Source: Octopus sinensis (lineage: Eukaryota). From it: a DNA stretch of 64,000 nt. The position numbers and the translations under genes were made by a program. The notes beneath the pieces are model-generated. The model had not been told where the DNA came from and did no database searches. It was given only the letters and a program-made list of their open reading frames with translations. Below are positions 38,936-52,409 of this stretch, one piece after another (position 1 is the stretch's first letter; the number at the start of each line of letters is the position of its first letter). Location: assembly GCF_006345805.1 (NCBI RefSeq), contig NC_042997.1, positions 190,712,001 to 190,776,000 on the forward strand. The letters are read 5' to 3'.

Positions 38936-39275
38936 TATTTCTTTACTGCCCACAAGAGGCTAAACATGGAGGGGACAAACAAGGACAGACACAGGGATTA
39001 AGTCGATTACATCGACACCAGTGCGAAAATGGTACTTTATTTATCGACCCCGAAAGGATGAAAGGCAAAGTCGGCCTCGGCGGAATTTGAACTCAGAACG
39101 TAAAGACAGACGAAATACCTATTTCTTTACTACCCACAAGGGGCTAAACACAGGTGACAAACAAGGACAGACAAACGGATTAAGTCGATTACATCGACCC
39201 CAGAACGTAACGGCAGACGAAATACGGCTACGCATTTCGCCCGGCGTGCTAACGTTTCTGCCAGCTCGCCGCCTT
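38936..39275 (-). mobile_element. SINE B2, head + two bodies of different sequence variants
   Basis: Junction aaagaaataggtatttcgtctgtc on the minus strand. Flanked by ggatgtatc(a/g)tat direct repeats. Confidence 0.87.
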
Positions 39276-39622
39276 AAGTGGATGTATCGTATAATTGTCA
39301 GGTGGATGGAGAAACAAATCGTTGAAACTTGATAGAAACAAGTCACTATCATGGTCAATACCTGACAAAACCTGATAAAAGTTCAGATATTTATTCCTAT
39401 TTCTTCACTCACTTCACTGGCCCCAACTCAAAAGATGCAAAGTCGTTGCATTAGCGACAGTATCAGCGCTACTTTAAAATTGAATTGTTCAAATCTTTAA
39501 TTTCCTTCGTTATCTATGTTCACTCTGCGTTCTAATTCCCCATCTACTATCTCTAACACTTCAGTCAACTTCTTAGATGTCTCCATCCATCGTCATTTAC
39601 CATTACCACCTGTCTATTTGAT

Positions 39623-39862
39623 GGAGGCGCATGGCTTAGTGGTTAGAATGTCAGCATCGTGATATTAAGATTGTGGTTTCGATTCCTGGACCGGGCGACG
39701 CGTTGTGTTCTTGAGCAAAACACTTCATTTCACGTTTCTCCAGTCCACTCAGCTGGCAAAAATGAGTAACGCTGCGATGGACTGGCGTCCCGTCCAGCTG
39801 GGGAACACATACACCATAGAAACCGGGCCCATGAGCCTGGTTAGGCTTTAAAAGAGCGCATT
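39623..39862 (+). mobile_element. SINE C with 12-bp TSD
   Basis: TSD cctgtctatttg at 39609-39620 and 39876-39887. Confidence 0.9.
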
Positions 39863-40239
39863 TTTTTTTTATCTGCCTGTCTATTTGTCTGTCCCCGCTA
39901 CTTTAGTTTTCCTTATCTCACGCTACTCACAGTAAATTAGATATTACCTCGCAATATTTTCTTTTCCACCGCCTCTGTACGATAAATTTTAGGCAAAATC
40001 TCATGGGAAGTTCTACCCAGTGTAGTAAGGTTTTACTGATGTGGATGAATACCTAAACTCTTCATATTCTGGATTTCCTATGTCATAAATAAATTGCGAA
40101 CAATGAGAAATACATAAACTAATACCCTCCCTTCTAAAACAAGGACATTTCACATTATCTCTTTACTGTTATTCACCACTTTTAAGTGGCCTGCTAAACG
40201 TTATTGTACTCAAATTTAAATATTATAGGGTTGCTGTCC

Positions 40240-40375
40240 CATAACTTCTGAATTCATCCCTTGAAAAGAATGACAGGCAACATTAATCATGTTAGGATTA
40301 GAACTCAGAACCAAAGAGCCGGATGAAATACCAGAAAACGTTTTTGACGTTCTAATGATTCTGCCAATCTAAGGT
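40240..40375 (-). mobile_element. SINE B, highly diverged
   Basis: gaactcagaac..ggatgaaatacc..ctaatgattctgcca. Confidence 0.55.
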
Positions 40376-40399
40376 TCAATGTTTGGAGGAGGCAAGAAA

Positions 40400-42070
40400 A
40401 GAAGGATTCTTTATGCCTAGTGGGAACCCTTTAACCTAGATTGGCACCCCGTTATTAATTGTTTCTCGATAATAAAAAAAAGACCCTTATTGTTGTGCTA
40501 CTCATCACCAGCAATAATTCCTCAAAATAGAATGAAATTCAACATTGAACCAGGCAACATCAACGATATAAACGAAAATGGAATATCGGAAGAAGGTATA
40601 GTCCGGTAGGCGAGTGGTGCTAGACAGATCGTCAGTCAATACTTGTTTGATGAAGGACTTATGGCCAGCGGAGATGGATCAAGACAGATTACACACATTT
40701 GAATGAAAGCCATTTGAGAAATAAGGTTGAAGAAGAAAGCTCACGTACTCGATGATGAAATGTTTGTTTGTTTGAGTTGGCACAAAACAAGTAAAAGCAA
40801 ACACACACGATCCATGGAAGATAGTGGCTAACACAAGTTGAAATAGAGATCAATCAAAAAATCAACGAGGACGCGTTGGGGATCGGTCAAGGAGTAAATG
40901 AAGACATCATACAGGCTGGACACTATAAATTTCATGGAAAAAAGGAAGTAAATATTGAACTAGAACATACCAGCTTTGTAAGCGATGAAGTTGGGCTTGG
41001 CAACAATATACATTTGATGGAAAGACATTTAAATTATACGATCAAGGGAAAATGCTTAATATGTAAAGATTTGAAAGGCGAAAAGCGAAATATTTTGACA
41101 CGATTAAAAGAAATTCTAAATAATTCAGAAACGAAAAGCCATTATACTTGAGACAGATTAACACAGGCAAATTCTTAGTTGAAACCTAAAAAGTTGAAGC
41201 TGTATAAGAACATATAATTATAAACATGACATTACTGACATCCATAATTTAATGTGCCGCTGCGGTTGATGTGGAAGAAAGATTGAATGTGAAACACGTC
41301 GATATAAAAAAAGTGAAACAAGATTCATGGTGGGAAAGATGGATTGAAAGGTACATAAAAATACTGAGACCTGGGTCAGACTGAAAGCTGGAGTAAAAGC
41401 AACTTCGGAAAAGTAGAAAAGTCTTATCTTAAGTGAAAGCACAGCATATATATGAAAAGCTTTACCTTAGTGTTAGAAAATATCAAGGAATGATTTCGTA
41501 CAAATCAAACCAGGACAAAGCATCATACTGAGAGAGCAATCTAAGTGTAACAGACTATTTTTAGTCAAATCAGGAACAGGTTTACCATAACATTTGAGGA
41601 GACACAATACAAAATTTGACACTTCATACAAATAGATTCAAGAGAATTTTAAGTAGGAATATGGATGTCCCTCAGTACACATATTAAAATAGCAGACTGG
41701 ATAAAACCGATTAAAACAGAGCGACAATGCAAAGTAGAAAACTCCGATGACTCTAACTAGAGACAATATCCTGTAGCAGGTAAATATTATGCCAAATGGA
41801 AAAGTTCAAAGCCTAGATGGGATGAAAACACTTTGGACGTAAAATAAAAATCCTTACACTGCCCAATTGTAAATCATTAACATGAATGTGTGATACAAGG
41901 AAATGTATCAGAGTGCATGCCTGAGGGAAGAACTGCTTTGATATAAAAGATAAAGTGAAAGGATATGCATTAGAAAATTATCGTCTTATTATGTGCAACT
42001 GCTTCATTCAGTTATGTAAGTTTCTAACAGGCATTTTTGATGGGAAAACACACAAGCATTTTATGTAGAG
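40400..42070 (+). mobile_element. Old R4/Dong-type LINE, 5' part to start of RT, heavily decayed
   Basis: MPNGKVQSLDG..ECMPEGRTALI..KDKVKG..ENYR..CKFLTGIF resembles the R4/Dong pre-RT motif PNWKAPGPDG..WMTTGRTVLI.K..NYRPI..KLLTGI. Many stops. Confidence 0.65.
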
Positions 42071-42076
42071 TATCAA

Positions 42077-42308
42077 GGCGGCGAGCTGGCAGAATCGTTA
42101 GCACGCCGGGCGAAATGCGTAGCCGTATTTCGTCTGCCGTTACGTTCTGCGTTCAAATTCCGCCGAGGTCAACTTTGCCTTTCATCCTTTTGGGGTCGAT
42201 AAATAAAGTACCGGTTATGCACTGGGGTCGACGTAATCGACTTAATCCCTTTGTTTATCTTTGTTTGTCCCCTCTATGTTTAGCCCCTTGTGGGCAATAA
42301 AGAAATAT
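42077..42308 (+). mobile_element. SINE B2 monomer
   Basis: Full head. Tail ctttgtttgtcccctctatgtttagccccttgtgggcaataaagaaatat. Confidence 0.92.
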
Positions 42309-42876
42309 ATATTGTTAAATATTGAAGAGAAGATGTGGAGGAAACACAAAAAATCACCCAGGACCAGCAAGCGCAACGTTGGCGGAGGGACTCCCAAAAG
42401 AGATATGATATGGTGAGATGATCTTGTATTCTTTGGTGTAGCTGAAAATCTCGTCAATGCCTTCAGTGACTGTATGAAAAATCACTGGGATGTGTTGCCA
42501 TAGAAACATTTATTATCCTGTTATTTGTTATCGCGTTAATACAATGATTTAGTGTAAAAACGCTATGAGCAATAGGAGAGGCCAACAATGGCACAAAACG
42601 TTTCATTGATCATTGCTGCATAAGATCAACGTCAAGTTAAAAATTCTACAACAATATGTTTACTAAACCAGAACGCTGCTGTCGATACCAAATGATAGCT
42701 TTATGATTTAATATACGAACGCTTTTTCTGGTTTCTCAGTAATCTCTCAATGATAGTGTATATCCACGGATATGTGGGTAACATTTGGTAATAACATTGA
42801 CAACTGAAGTAAACATGCACTGGTGTATGATAATGATGAGACTATTATAATGTGTGTCACTCAGAAGTAAATGTTA

Positions 42877-42939
<63 letters not shown>

Positions 42940-42942
<3 letters not shown>

Positions 42943-43129
42943 GATGTACTCGCATAGCAAGTAATTTGATCTGAGATTGTTAGCTGAAACGAAAACAATT
43001 GCAGCGTGGAAGGTGTTTGTAAGCCATTTAAGAAACACACAAAAGCCGTTCGATTCACTTCAAATTAATGTTGAATCGTAGGGTTTTTGTGTGTTTCTTA
43101 AATGGCTTACAAACACCTTCCACGCTGCA

Positions 43130-43133
<4 letters not shown>
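42940..43133. mobile_element. Palindromic MITE in (TA)n; same family as 9258-9487
   Basis: caattgcagcgtggaaggtgtttgtaagccatttaagaaacacacaaaa / tttttgtgtgtttcttaaatggcttacaaacaccttccacgctgcaattg. Confidence 0.85.
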
Positions 43134-43172
<39 letters not shown>

Positions 43173-45339
43173 CCCTTTCACGCTTATTCGTTCGTTCCAC
43201 TCTTCGTTCTTTCTTTCCCCTTCTCTCACATTTCTTTGCCTTCGCTTCTTGCTCACTTTCCCTCCACTTTTCACTTCGCAGTGTCCCTGTCAATTTTTCT
43301 CGCCCCTCCTTAATTCTTCTGTCTCTCTGCTTCTACTTCTCTCTTTTCTCTTCTCTTCCCACGTACCTGGCGTTCGGCCAAGCCTCTTCTTTCTTTCTTA
43401 GTCTGGCCGTTGTCCGTGCAACATCGATATTCCTCCCTGTGTTTGTGAAATAGTCAATCCCTGCCGTAAGGCTTCATTTCCACACACGTCCGTTTTTTTT
43501 CCGTCCTTGTTTTTGTATACATTCGCTGCTTTCTTCCAAGGAATCTAATGCTCTTAGCCTAGTTTTTCCTTGGGACTGGCCAGATTAGAGCAATCTCAAG
43601 TATAATCAGCCGAGAGCGTAATCAATTCTAATAATAATTAGCGTGCTGTGTAGCATAAATTTAAACAGAAAATTATAAACACAGTTCTGGGGGAGAATCA
43701 CAGTTTTACGAAGTGAAACTGTTGTGTTGTGATGATCTTTCTTAGATAACAAATTATAGTGTTTTTCAACATCTTGCTAACCTGGTCGAGACTCAATTTT
43801 ATGTATTTGTTTTGCACGATTCGTGTTATTAAATCGTGTGTTGAAACAGATATTTTTATACTTGGGGATGGCCATATTTTGCCGATTAAACTCACGCACT
43901 ATATATTTGGTCTTCACTTCAGCTTTATTTTTGTTCTTTATTTTTGTCTGATATCTTTCTTCACACATCCTGTGAACTTTTCAGTGATTCACCATCTCAC
44001 AAAGGCAAAAATTTGCAAATAAACCCAAAAGTAATCCCGCAAAACACAATCCATATTCTGCATCACACAAAATTTTTTTTAATAACACAAATCACATGAC
44101 ACATATTCTGAATTTTAACAATACTCTTCTCGTAGTAGACACTCAGTTACCTCCGTTAAGCTATCTCGACAATTAAACGTAACGCTATAAAGAACCTGCA
44201 GAACAACGAAACAAATCCTGCAACACAGCAAATTAGATATGACAAAAATATTTAATTCCTTCCTACAAAATCTCGGTTTTCTGAGTTCGGTAAAGTGACA
44301 AAGGGTGCATTAACTAGGAATTCCGTCAAGATCCTTAATTTTTCTGGTCATATGGTATTATTATGAATGCTTTCAAAAGTTTTTTCTTTCATAGACATTT
44401 ATTCATGTCATTCGTAAGTGTTCTTCATGTTTGAAGGGTTACATCAAAATATTATATTTCTCAGCTAGGCATTAGTTGCATCTTTTTCACGGATTGGAAT
44501 ATATTGCAGTTTCAGCTATGTAATTAATAACAGAGTATTATATTCTTCATAGCTGAGAATATAATGGATTAAGAAAGATATAGCTTATGTCTGGATGAGA
44601 GATATACTATAAAGCAGCTCTTCGAACTATTTAACAAAATACCCGAAATACAAACAGGAATAAACACAAATGCATTGAAATAAAAAGATGGAATATATTG
44701 TGTCTCAAGATCTGAAGGAGTGAGTATGCTGTATGTACCTGGATATGAATGTGTGCTTCCTTAGCGCTATATAGATCCTTTCGATAGCAACCGTGATTGT
44801 TATCTTACTTTTATTGACCAACACTTTTGTAAGTCGTTTGCTATTAAGCAAACAGGATGTGACATTGCCGCAACAGCATTCCAGTGATTTTTAATATAAA
44901 TACACACACACACACAACACACACACACACAATTACACAACGTGTACACTCGTATACATGCATATGTGTCACTCATATGTGGAGACATAAAAAGACACAA
45001 AACCAGTCCCAACCCAACTCTATCAACGCTGGAAGCATCATCAAGTCTTCCGAATTTATCCTTGGCCCTCAACCTGAAAATCCTCTGAAAAAAAATTGTT
45101 TAAGCTTAATCGTCGATTTTTATTGTATCTGCCAGAACACCTCCCTAACGCTCTGCAGAACGCAATATTGGACGTCCTATTAATTGTATGGTCCACCTGG
45201 TAATGAATTGAGAACATTCAAGATATCAAGCACGTCTTTGAGCAATCCAGGGCAGGTCTTTTACAGTGACTAACTGTCTCTACAATGTCCTACCCACTTT
45301 CCAGGAATGTCTACTGAAGACGTAGACTCAATGATAATA

Positions 45340-45725
45340 ATGGTTTCAAATTTTGGCACAAGGCCAGCAATTTTTCACAGGAAGAGGAAGTCGATTGGAA
45401 CGATCCCAACTCTTGACCGGTACTTATTTTATCGATCTAGAAACGATGAAACGCAAAGTTGGCCCCGGCTGAATTTAAACTCAAAACACAAAGCGGTCTG
45501 CCAGCTCGCTGTCTTAGCCTCAGTGATAATGATATTGGTTTCAAATTCTGACACAAGGCCAGTAATTTCGGGGAATGGGGGTAAGTGCTCAACTGGAACT
45601 TATTTTATCAGCCCCGAAAGGAGTGAAAGGAAAAGTCGACTTCGGTGGAATTTGAACTCAGAACGTAAAGACGGACGAAATGCTGCTAGGCATTATGGAC
45701 CGGCATGCTAAAGACTTTGCCTTAG
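45340..45725 (-). mobile_element. Two adjacent diverged SINE B1 copies
   Basis: Each begins (plus strand) ggtttcaaatt..gcacaaggccag. The second has cggtggaatttgaactcagaacgtaaagacggacgaaatgc. Confidence 0.75.
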
Positions 45726-46682
45726 CGTCAGTGATGATAATATCAACTATAATTTATTTTACAAAAAGTTCAAATAGACACTTTGACGGTTTTGTATTTT
45801 GCAAAAAAAAAATTGAAAAAAAAACAGACTTTTAGCAACGTCCATGGCTCTTGACCAGTAATCGAAACCTGATGTTAATATCTTCATTTACGTCATCACG
45901 ACATAGCCGTGGCTACTGTTATCTTTAAAGATGCCATATTCATTGTCTTTCTCATCATTATCAATTCAGCGTCACCACCTTCACCAACGTCATTGTCTCG
46001 TGCACTTTTCAAAGAAAATGCAAGGAAGTTTATATGGCATCGTAATTTAGACGGAGTTTGCAGGCAATGATGGTTGTGATAAACCGTCTTGAGTTTGGTG
46101 GCGAGGAGAGGAACTATAAAAATATAGTCTGAATGAATTAAAATCGTTTCAACTCACGCACATATACTCATACACATGCAAACACACACATATACACACA
46201 AACACGTACACACACGCACAAACACAAGCACACGCACACACAGACATAAGCATACATACTTGCATGCATCATCGTTTCATGAATATCATTTTAAAATTAT
46301 TTGTATATAATATTTATTTATACAGTTTCTCAATACTATTTCGATACACAGTTCTCGGGAGTCCTTATTTATACTATTTTATTCATTCATTCATTCATTT
46401 ATTCATTAACGAAGTGGTTGTTTGTTGGTTTTTGTGTTCTTTTTTTTTTACTGTTTGTTTTTCTTTTTTCTTTTTCTTACTTTGTTGTTTTGATTATTCT
46501 TTTTTAAACACCGTCTGTTTATATAGCTTCATACAAATACGTGACAACATAATTTAATGACTAAACATTTTATAAACCTATTGAAACGTAAATCACGCAA
46601 ATATATTACTGGCTTTCTTCAATTAAACTGTGCTTTACTGCTTGCACTACTCAAAGTGCAATATATATGCGTGTATATATAT

Positions 46683-46902
46683 ATTTCTTTACTACCCACA
46701 AGGGGCTAAACACAGAGGGGACAAACAAGGACAGACAAAGGGATTAAGTCGATTACATCGACCCCAGTGCGTAACTGGGGTTATCGACCCCGAAAGGATG
46801 AAAGGCAAAGTCGACCTCGGCGGAATTTGAACTCGGAACGTAACGACAGACGAAATACGGCTACGCAGGTCGCCCGGCGTGCTAACGTTTCTGCCAGCTC
46901 GC
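46683..46902 (-). mobile_element. SINE B2 monomer in (TA)n context
   Basis: atttctttactacccacaaggggctaaacacagaggggacaaacaaggacagacaaag...ctgccagctcgc. Confidence 0.9.
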
Positions 46903-47614
46903 GTGTATATATATGCGTGTATATATATATGTATGTGTGCGTGTGCGTGCGTGCATGCGTGAGGTTGGGGGTGTATGTGTGTGTATATACATATATGGCA
47001 TGCACGTGTGTGTGTGTATAAATGCTGTTATGTTGGACATGTTAGATAATGCTGTTCCATAGACGTTATGTCTGAAAAATATTTCGACGGAATAGTCTCA
47101 GATGTAACGCCTTTTATCGTAGATTTTTTCAATCAAGAGCAACTTATTGCTAAGCAAGAACCACCAGTTCTGGAAAAGTTCGAAATACTCATTGAAACGT
47201 AAATCTCTAATTTTTACGATACTAGCGTATTGTCAACTATACTGTATGAATGTGGAACAATGACAGTCATTGACAATTAAGAAATGGACAGAAGATAGAA
47301 AAATTGGCGCCTTCTGAGTCAAACATTCGAGATGAATTATGGCAATAATCTGGTGTGATCTCACGAAGGTTGAATTTTCAACGAGAAATTAGCATACACC
47401 AATATCACCAAGACACGATTATGATTTGTAAGCACCATTTCTAAAAGTCCGGTCACGTCCTGCTATACACACCTCAAAGTGAGCCTCGTGCTGAAAGACA
47501 TGAAATGATTTAAAGATTTAAAGTTGGACGGCGTTTGGAGGATTTAACTCATGTCCCGCGTCGAACAGGGTGTTCTGGTTCTGCATTAATATCTCTAACT
47601 TCAAAATCGCCGTG

Positions 47615-47758
47615 CGAGGCACGGTCCCAGGAATTTCTCGAAGGGAGGGCACAAAGTCAGAAGGGAATACAATTCCAGGAGAAAAGGGAGTAATAACATT
47701 ATTTAGAAGGGCGCACTTATTTTCCTGAGTGGGCACGTGCACCTCAGCCCCGCCCCTG
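47615..47758. mobile_element. Possible hAT-like MITE remnant
   Basis: GC-rich ends (gcacggtcccaggaattt ... gggcacgtgcacc..ccccgcccctg) resemble CAGGGGCGG-type TIR MITEs. Left TIR is degenerate. Confidence 0.35.
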
Positions 47759-48575
47759 CTTACAACTAAAGTCAATGATGAGATTAGTAGTGATGGTAGT
47801 GGTGGTGATGGTGGTGGTGGTGGTGTTGATGGTAATGTTGCCATCAAAAGATTGCTAAACTCCGTCTTTAGTAGCTTGTTACAGCGATGCACCCACCACT
47901 GTGGTTTTTCAGATGTGCCAGTTAATCTCTTACTTGCGGTCCGACTTCAAGCATTTTTCTTTTGTTTGTGTTTTTTTGTTTCTTTTCTGCATTTTTTTTC
48001 ACTTATTTTTTCTTATTTTGAAATCAAATATTCTATCGTTGCAGGGATCCAAAAAAGAATCTAACCCTCTGTGCTCTTGGAGGTAATTCTGCAAAAAACC
48101 TCAACTTTTACAAATAACAAGTCCCTAACCAATAAACAATAAGCGTTAGTCAAATTCTTACGTAAACTAATCTTAATAATAATCGTTTCTCACATAGATA
48201 CAAATCCAGAATTTAAAGATAGTATTTGATTGGTAATTTGGCCACAGCGGTATTTGAACTCTGAATACAAAGAGCCGGAACAAATTCCTGATAGCGGTGA
48301 CAAGTCTTTAAGCAAGAACATATCTAGGGTCTTTACCTTTTGACCGACAGATTAAAAAAAAATTTTTGTAACTAAACTCTTTCAACCTTCGTATACTGGT
48401 AGAATGTGTCATATAAAACATCTTTTACTATTGGCGTTGTTGAGAAAATTCTGTATTTCGGAATTTTTTTTTTTTGTTAAAGTTGTCGTATTTCGATAAT
48501 TTCAACCAATCAATGACGTGTATTCAGGTGAATAAAATTACTGCTGTTGTTTGTCAATAACAACTTCCGGCGCAT

Positions 48576-48853
<278 letters not shown>

Positions 48854-48879
48854 TGACGTGTGTGTGTGTGTGTGTATGT

Positions 48880-48925
<46 letters not shown>

Positions 48926-49000
48926 CAAAACATTTTAAATTATAAATTAGTATTGAATTAAAGAAACCTGTTAGAAAAACCGATGAACAAATATATGATG

Positions 49001-49122
49001 GACGTGATTCCGGGTTCAGTCCCGCTGCGTGGCACCTTGGGCAAGTGTCTTCTACTGTAGCCTCGGGCCGACCAAAGCCTTGTAGGTGGAATTGTTAAAC
49101 ATAAACTGAAAGAAGCCCGGCG

Positions 49123-49193
<71 letters not shown>

Positions 49194-49405
49194 TTGTGTG
49201 TCTGTATTTGTCCCCCCGCCAACATCGCTTGACAACCGATGCTGGTGTGTTTACGTCCCCCGTAACTTAGCGGTTCGCCAAAGAGACCGATAGAATAAGT
49301 ACTAGGCTTACAAAGAATAAGTCCTGGGAGTCGATTTTCTCGACTAAAGGCGGTGCTCCAGCATGGCCGCAGTCAAATGACTGAAACAAGTAAGAGAGTA
49401 AAAGT
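49001..49405 (+). mobile_element. SINE A (5' end clipped), head-to-head with the previous copy
   Basis: ccgggttcagtcccgctgcgtggcaccttgggcaagtgtctt...gcagtcaaatgactgaaacaag. Confidence 0.88.
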
Positions 49406-49844
49406 GAGATACACATACACACACACACACACACACATGCACACACACACACATACCTATTTACTTGGCTTTGGGATACTCTTTGACATTGGAACAAGTA
49501 AAAGAGTAAAAGATATATGGTTGGAAATCTGAAACATTGACTAGCGCTTACACAAATTCCCAAAATTTTCCATCATGTTTGTGCTAATTTGGTTTTGTAA
49601 GTAGGGGAATTTTTATTTTTATTAATCATTTTTAATTAAAGAAAATCTTTATTAATGTAACTATGAAGTTATTCCTCCAAATTCTTTATCGCTCTATATA
49701 TGTGTGTATATATGTGTTTGCGAGTGTGTGTGTACATGTGTCAGCGTATGTGTAAGTGTGTGTATGCTGTGCTTTTATATATGCATCTACCTGTATACAT
49801 GCATATATGTATATGTGTGTATACACACACACACACATACACAT

Positions 49845-49886
<42 letters not shown>

Positions 49887-49917
49887 TTGTATATGTATGT
49901 ATGCATATGTGTCTAAA

Positions 49918-49962
<45 letters not shown>

Positions 49963-49994
49963 ATATGTATGTATGCATATGTGTCTAAATATTC

Positions 49995-50026
<32 letters not shown>

Positions 50027-50265
50027 TCACATATATTATTAATGCTCGTTGCCTCTGTATACTTATTAGTAGAAAAGTTAAACAAACATTTATTGAAGTC
50101 TCCATCAAAACATTTACTTAAAATAGCATATTAATTTCGTTTTCGTATTTGGATTTGGTATCAGTGACTTGGAATTTTCCCTGATCAGTCACAAGGGACG
50201 ATACTTCGAAATCATTGTTATATACTATGTATGTATGTATGTATGTATGTATGTATGTATGTATG

Positions 50266-50323
<58 letters not shown>

Positions 50324-50339
50324 AGCATATATGTATATA

Positions 50340-50731
50340 CTAGCAGTATCGCCCGTACTTGCTCGGATTTGTTTCGACCCTTTAGAATTGGATTTTTTGA
50401 AAAGTAAAATTTTGCATTATGTAGCTTGTTATTCTCTTCAAGTGAACATTTTTCTGGTTGAAATACACCGAAAAATGGCGATACAGCAGTCAAAAAATCG
50501 TAAAAAATAGGAATTTTCTTTGAAGAAAAAGCACCTTTTTAATGTAAATAATTTTTTGGTGTTAACATGGTCCGATTTGGATTTTTCTTCTACGGAAGAA
50601 AGAGCAAGTCTTCTTCTATTATACTATCAATTTTGGTCAACTTGCACCGCAGGGTCTCGGAGGAGATAGTGTTAGTTGAAGGCTACCAAACCTGCCATAC
50701 ACAGACAACTGCAGCTTTATATAGAGAGAGA
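50340..50731 (-). mobile_element. Non-autonomous Helitron-like element
   Basis: On the minus strand it starts TC(TCTC), ends CTAG and lies between A and T. Subterminal GC hairpin near the 3' end. Termini shared with 55363-55746. Confidence 0.75.
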
Positions 50732-51719
50732 TTAACGTATGTGTGGAGGATAATGCGTGTCTGTGTCTGTCGTGAGGGAGCGTTCCTGCGTGTTTAAGTT
50801 TGTGTTTTTATGAAATATTTTCCACCATACAGATTAAGGTTGAACATATTGCGGTAGCCATTTACGGCAAATGGAAATCATGTTAGTTCATTTTAACGTG
50901 AACATATGTCTCCGTGCGTGTGTGTATGTTTGTTGGAGAGGGCCCGAGCGCGAGTACTATATGTGTATATGTGTGTGTGTATGTATGTCTATACATGTAA
51001 TTACTTTTCGGTTTGCGTGCACGTGTACCTATCTACCAACATATACCAGCAAAACATTAGCACCAAATGAATAGCTTTGTTTTACATCTGAATTATAACA
51101 CAACGGTGCCGCATTTTCTAATATGCAAAGTTTATTATTGTTGGAAATTGAAATCCGTTAAGGGTGTTTTATAATATTGTACGACAGAAAGAAAATTACG
51201 AATACACCAGAGACGATTGGGTTTTTTTTTCCTTTGTTTTACGTATGTAATTTGTACCATTGTTGCTATATTTTCTCGTTTGCTTTTCTTCGTATAATAT
51301 TTATTTAATCATATCTACCACGTTCGTTTATTTATTAATCTATTTATTGGTTTCTTGTTTGTGTTTATTTCGAAGCTGCTTTAATTTAATAGCAATGTAA
51401 GTTGGCTGTGTCGATATAATGAATGAGACACGAAGAACGATTTCCATACGCATAGAACTGTCTATAGGATATGGTGTCAAATATTGGAGATTGACAGAGA
51501 GTGGATGATGATAGAAGAGCCGGTAATTGATTGCTGTCGGTATAAGAACTTGACAAAAGTGATGACGAGTAGAAATGTTGGCGATAGCACCGACAACGAT
51601 GCTAAAGAAACAAGAATTATTTTACAGATTACGGTTTTACAGATTAATTTCGAAATTAAGAGGTTACAAATAAAATAGAGTGTGAGATAGACAGACGGCA
51701 TTGCTACCAAACATACATG

Positions 51720-51751
<32 letters not shown>

Positions 51752-52409
51752 AAATCACATTTAAATATATATATATTTATATACATACATACACACATAC
51801 ATACATACATACATACATACATACATACATACATACATACATACATACAACATACATACATACATATGTCATCTAATGTATAATAGTGTAAATTGCTAGA
51901 ATCTTGAGTCACTCAACGTAGTTATTACGCCAAACATATGTAGATTACGAATTTGCAGTAGAAAACCAGGTGTTAGAGGTATATAGTTTACAGTTCCCTC
52001 GAGGTAAAAATCAACAACTGTGGCGAGTCTCTCAAGATTCTACCAATTTACACACCATTATACATTAAATATTTATCTCTCACTGGATGGTGTACTTTTT
52101 TGTTGATCTTATCTTAACGGAACAGTAAACTGTATACATATACAAGTATATGTATGGATGGATATATGTATATACGTAAACAAGTTTGAAAAATAAGTCA
52201 TAATGATGCGGGAAGAACTCACCAAAGGAACATTTGGTAAAAGTAAAAAAAAAATTATAACACCTACAGGGAATGACGCCGTCTGAAAGAGCTTACACAA
52301 ACATTATGCTTGTATTATGCTTGTATTATTCCGTTTTAAAGATGTCTTTAAGTAATGTAATTTCTAAAGAACTTTTTTTTCACGCACATACACATATACC
52401 CTGTAGAAG

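Noticed and set aside
44990-45320. Exon-like stretch (LPEHLPNALQNAILDVLL..; VTNCLYNVLPTF)
   Set aside because: One frame resembles a decayed CR1 C-terminus, so a LINE relic is more likely. Too degraded to call either way.
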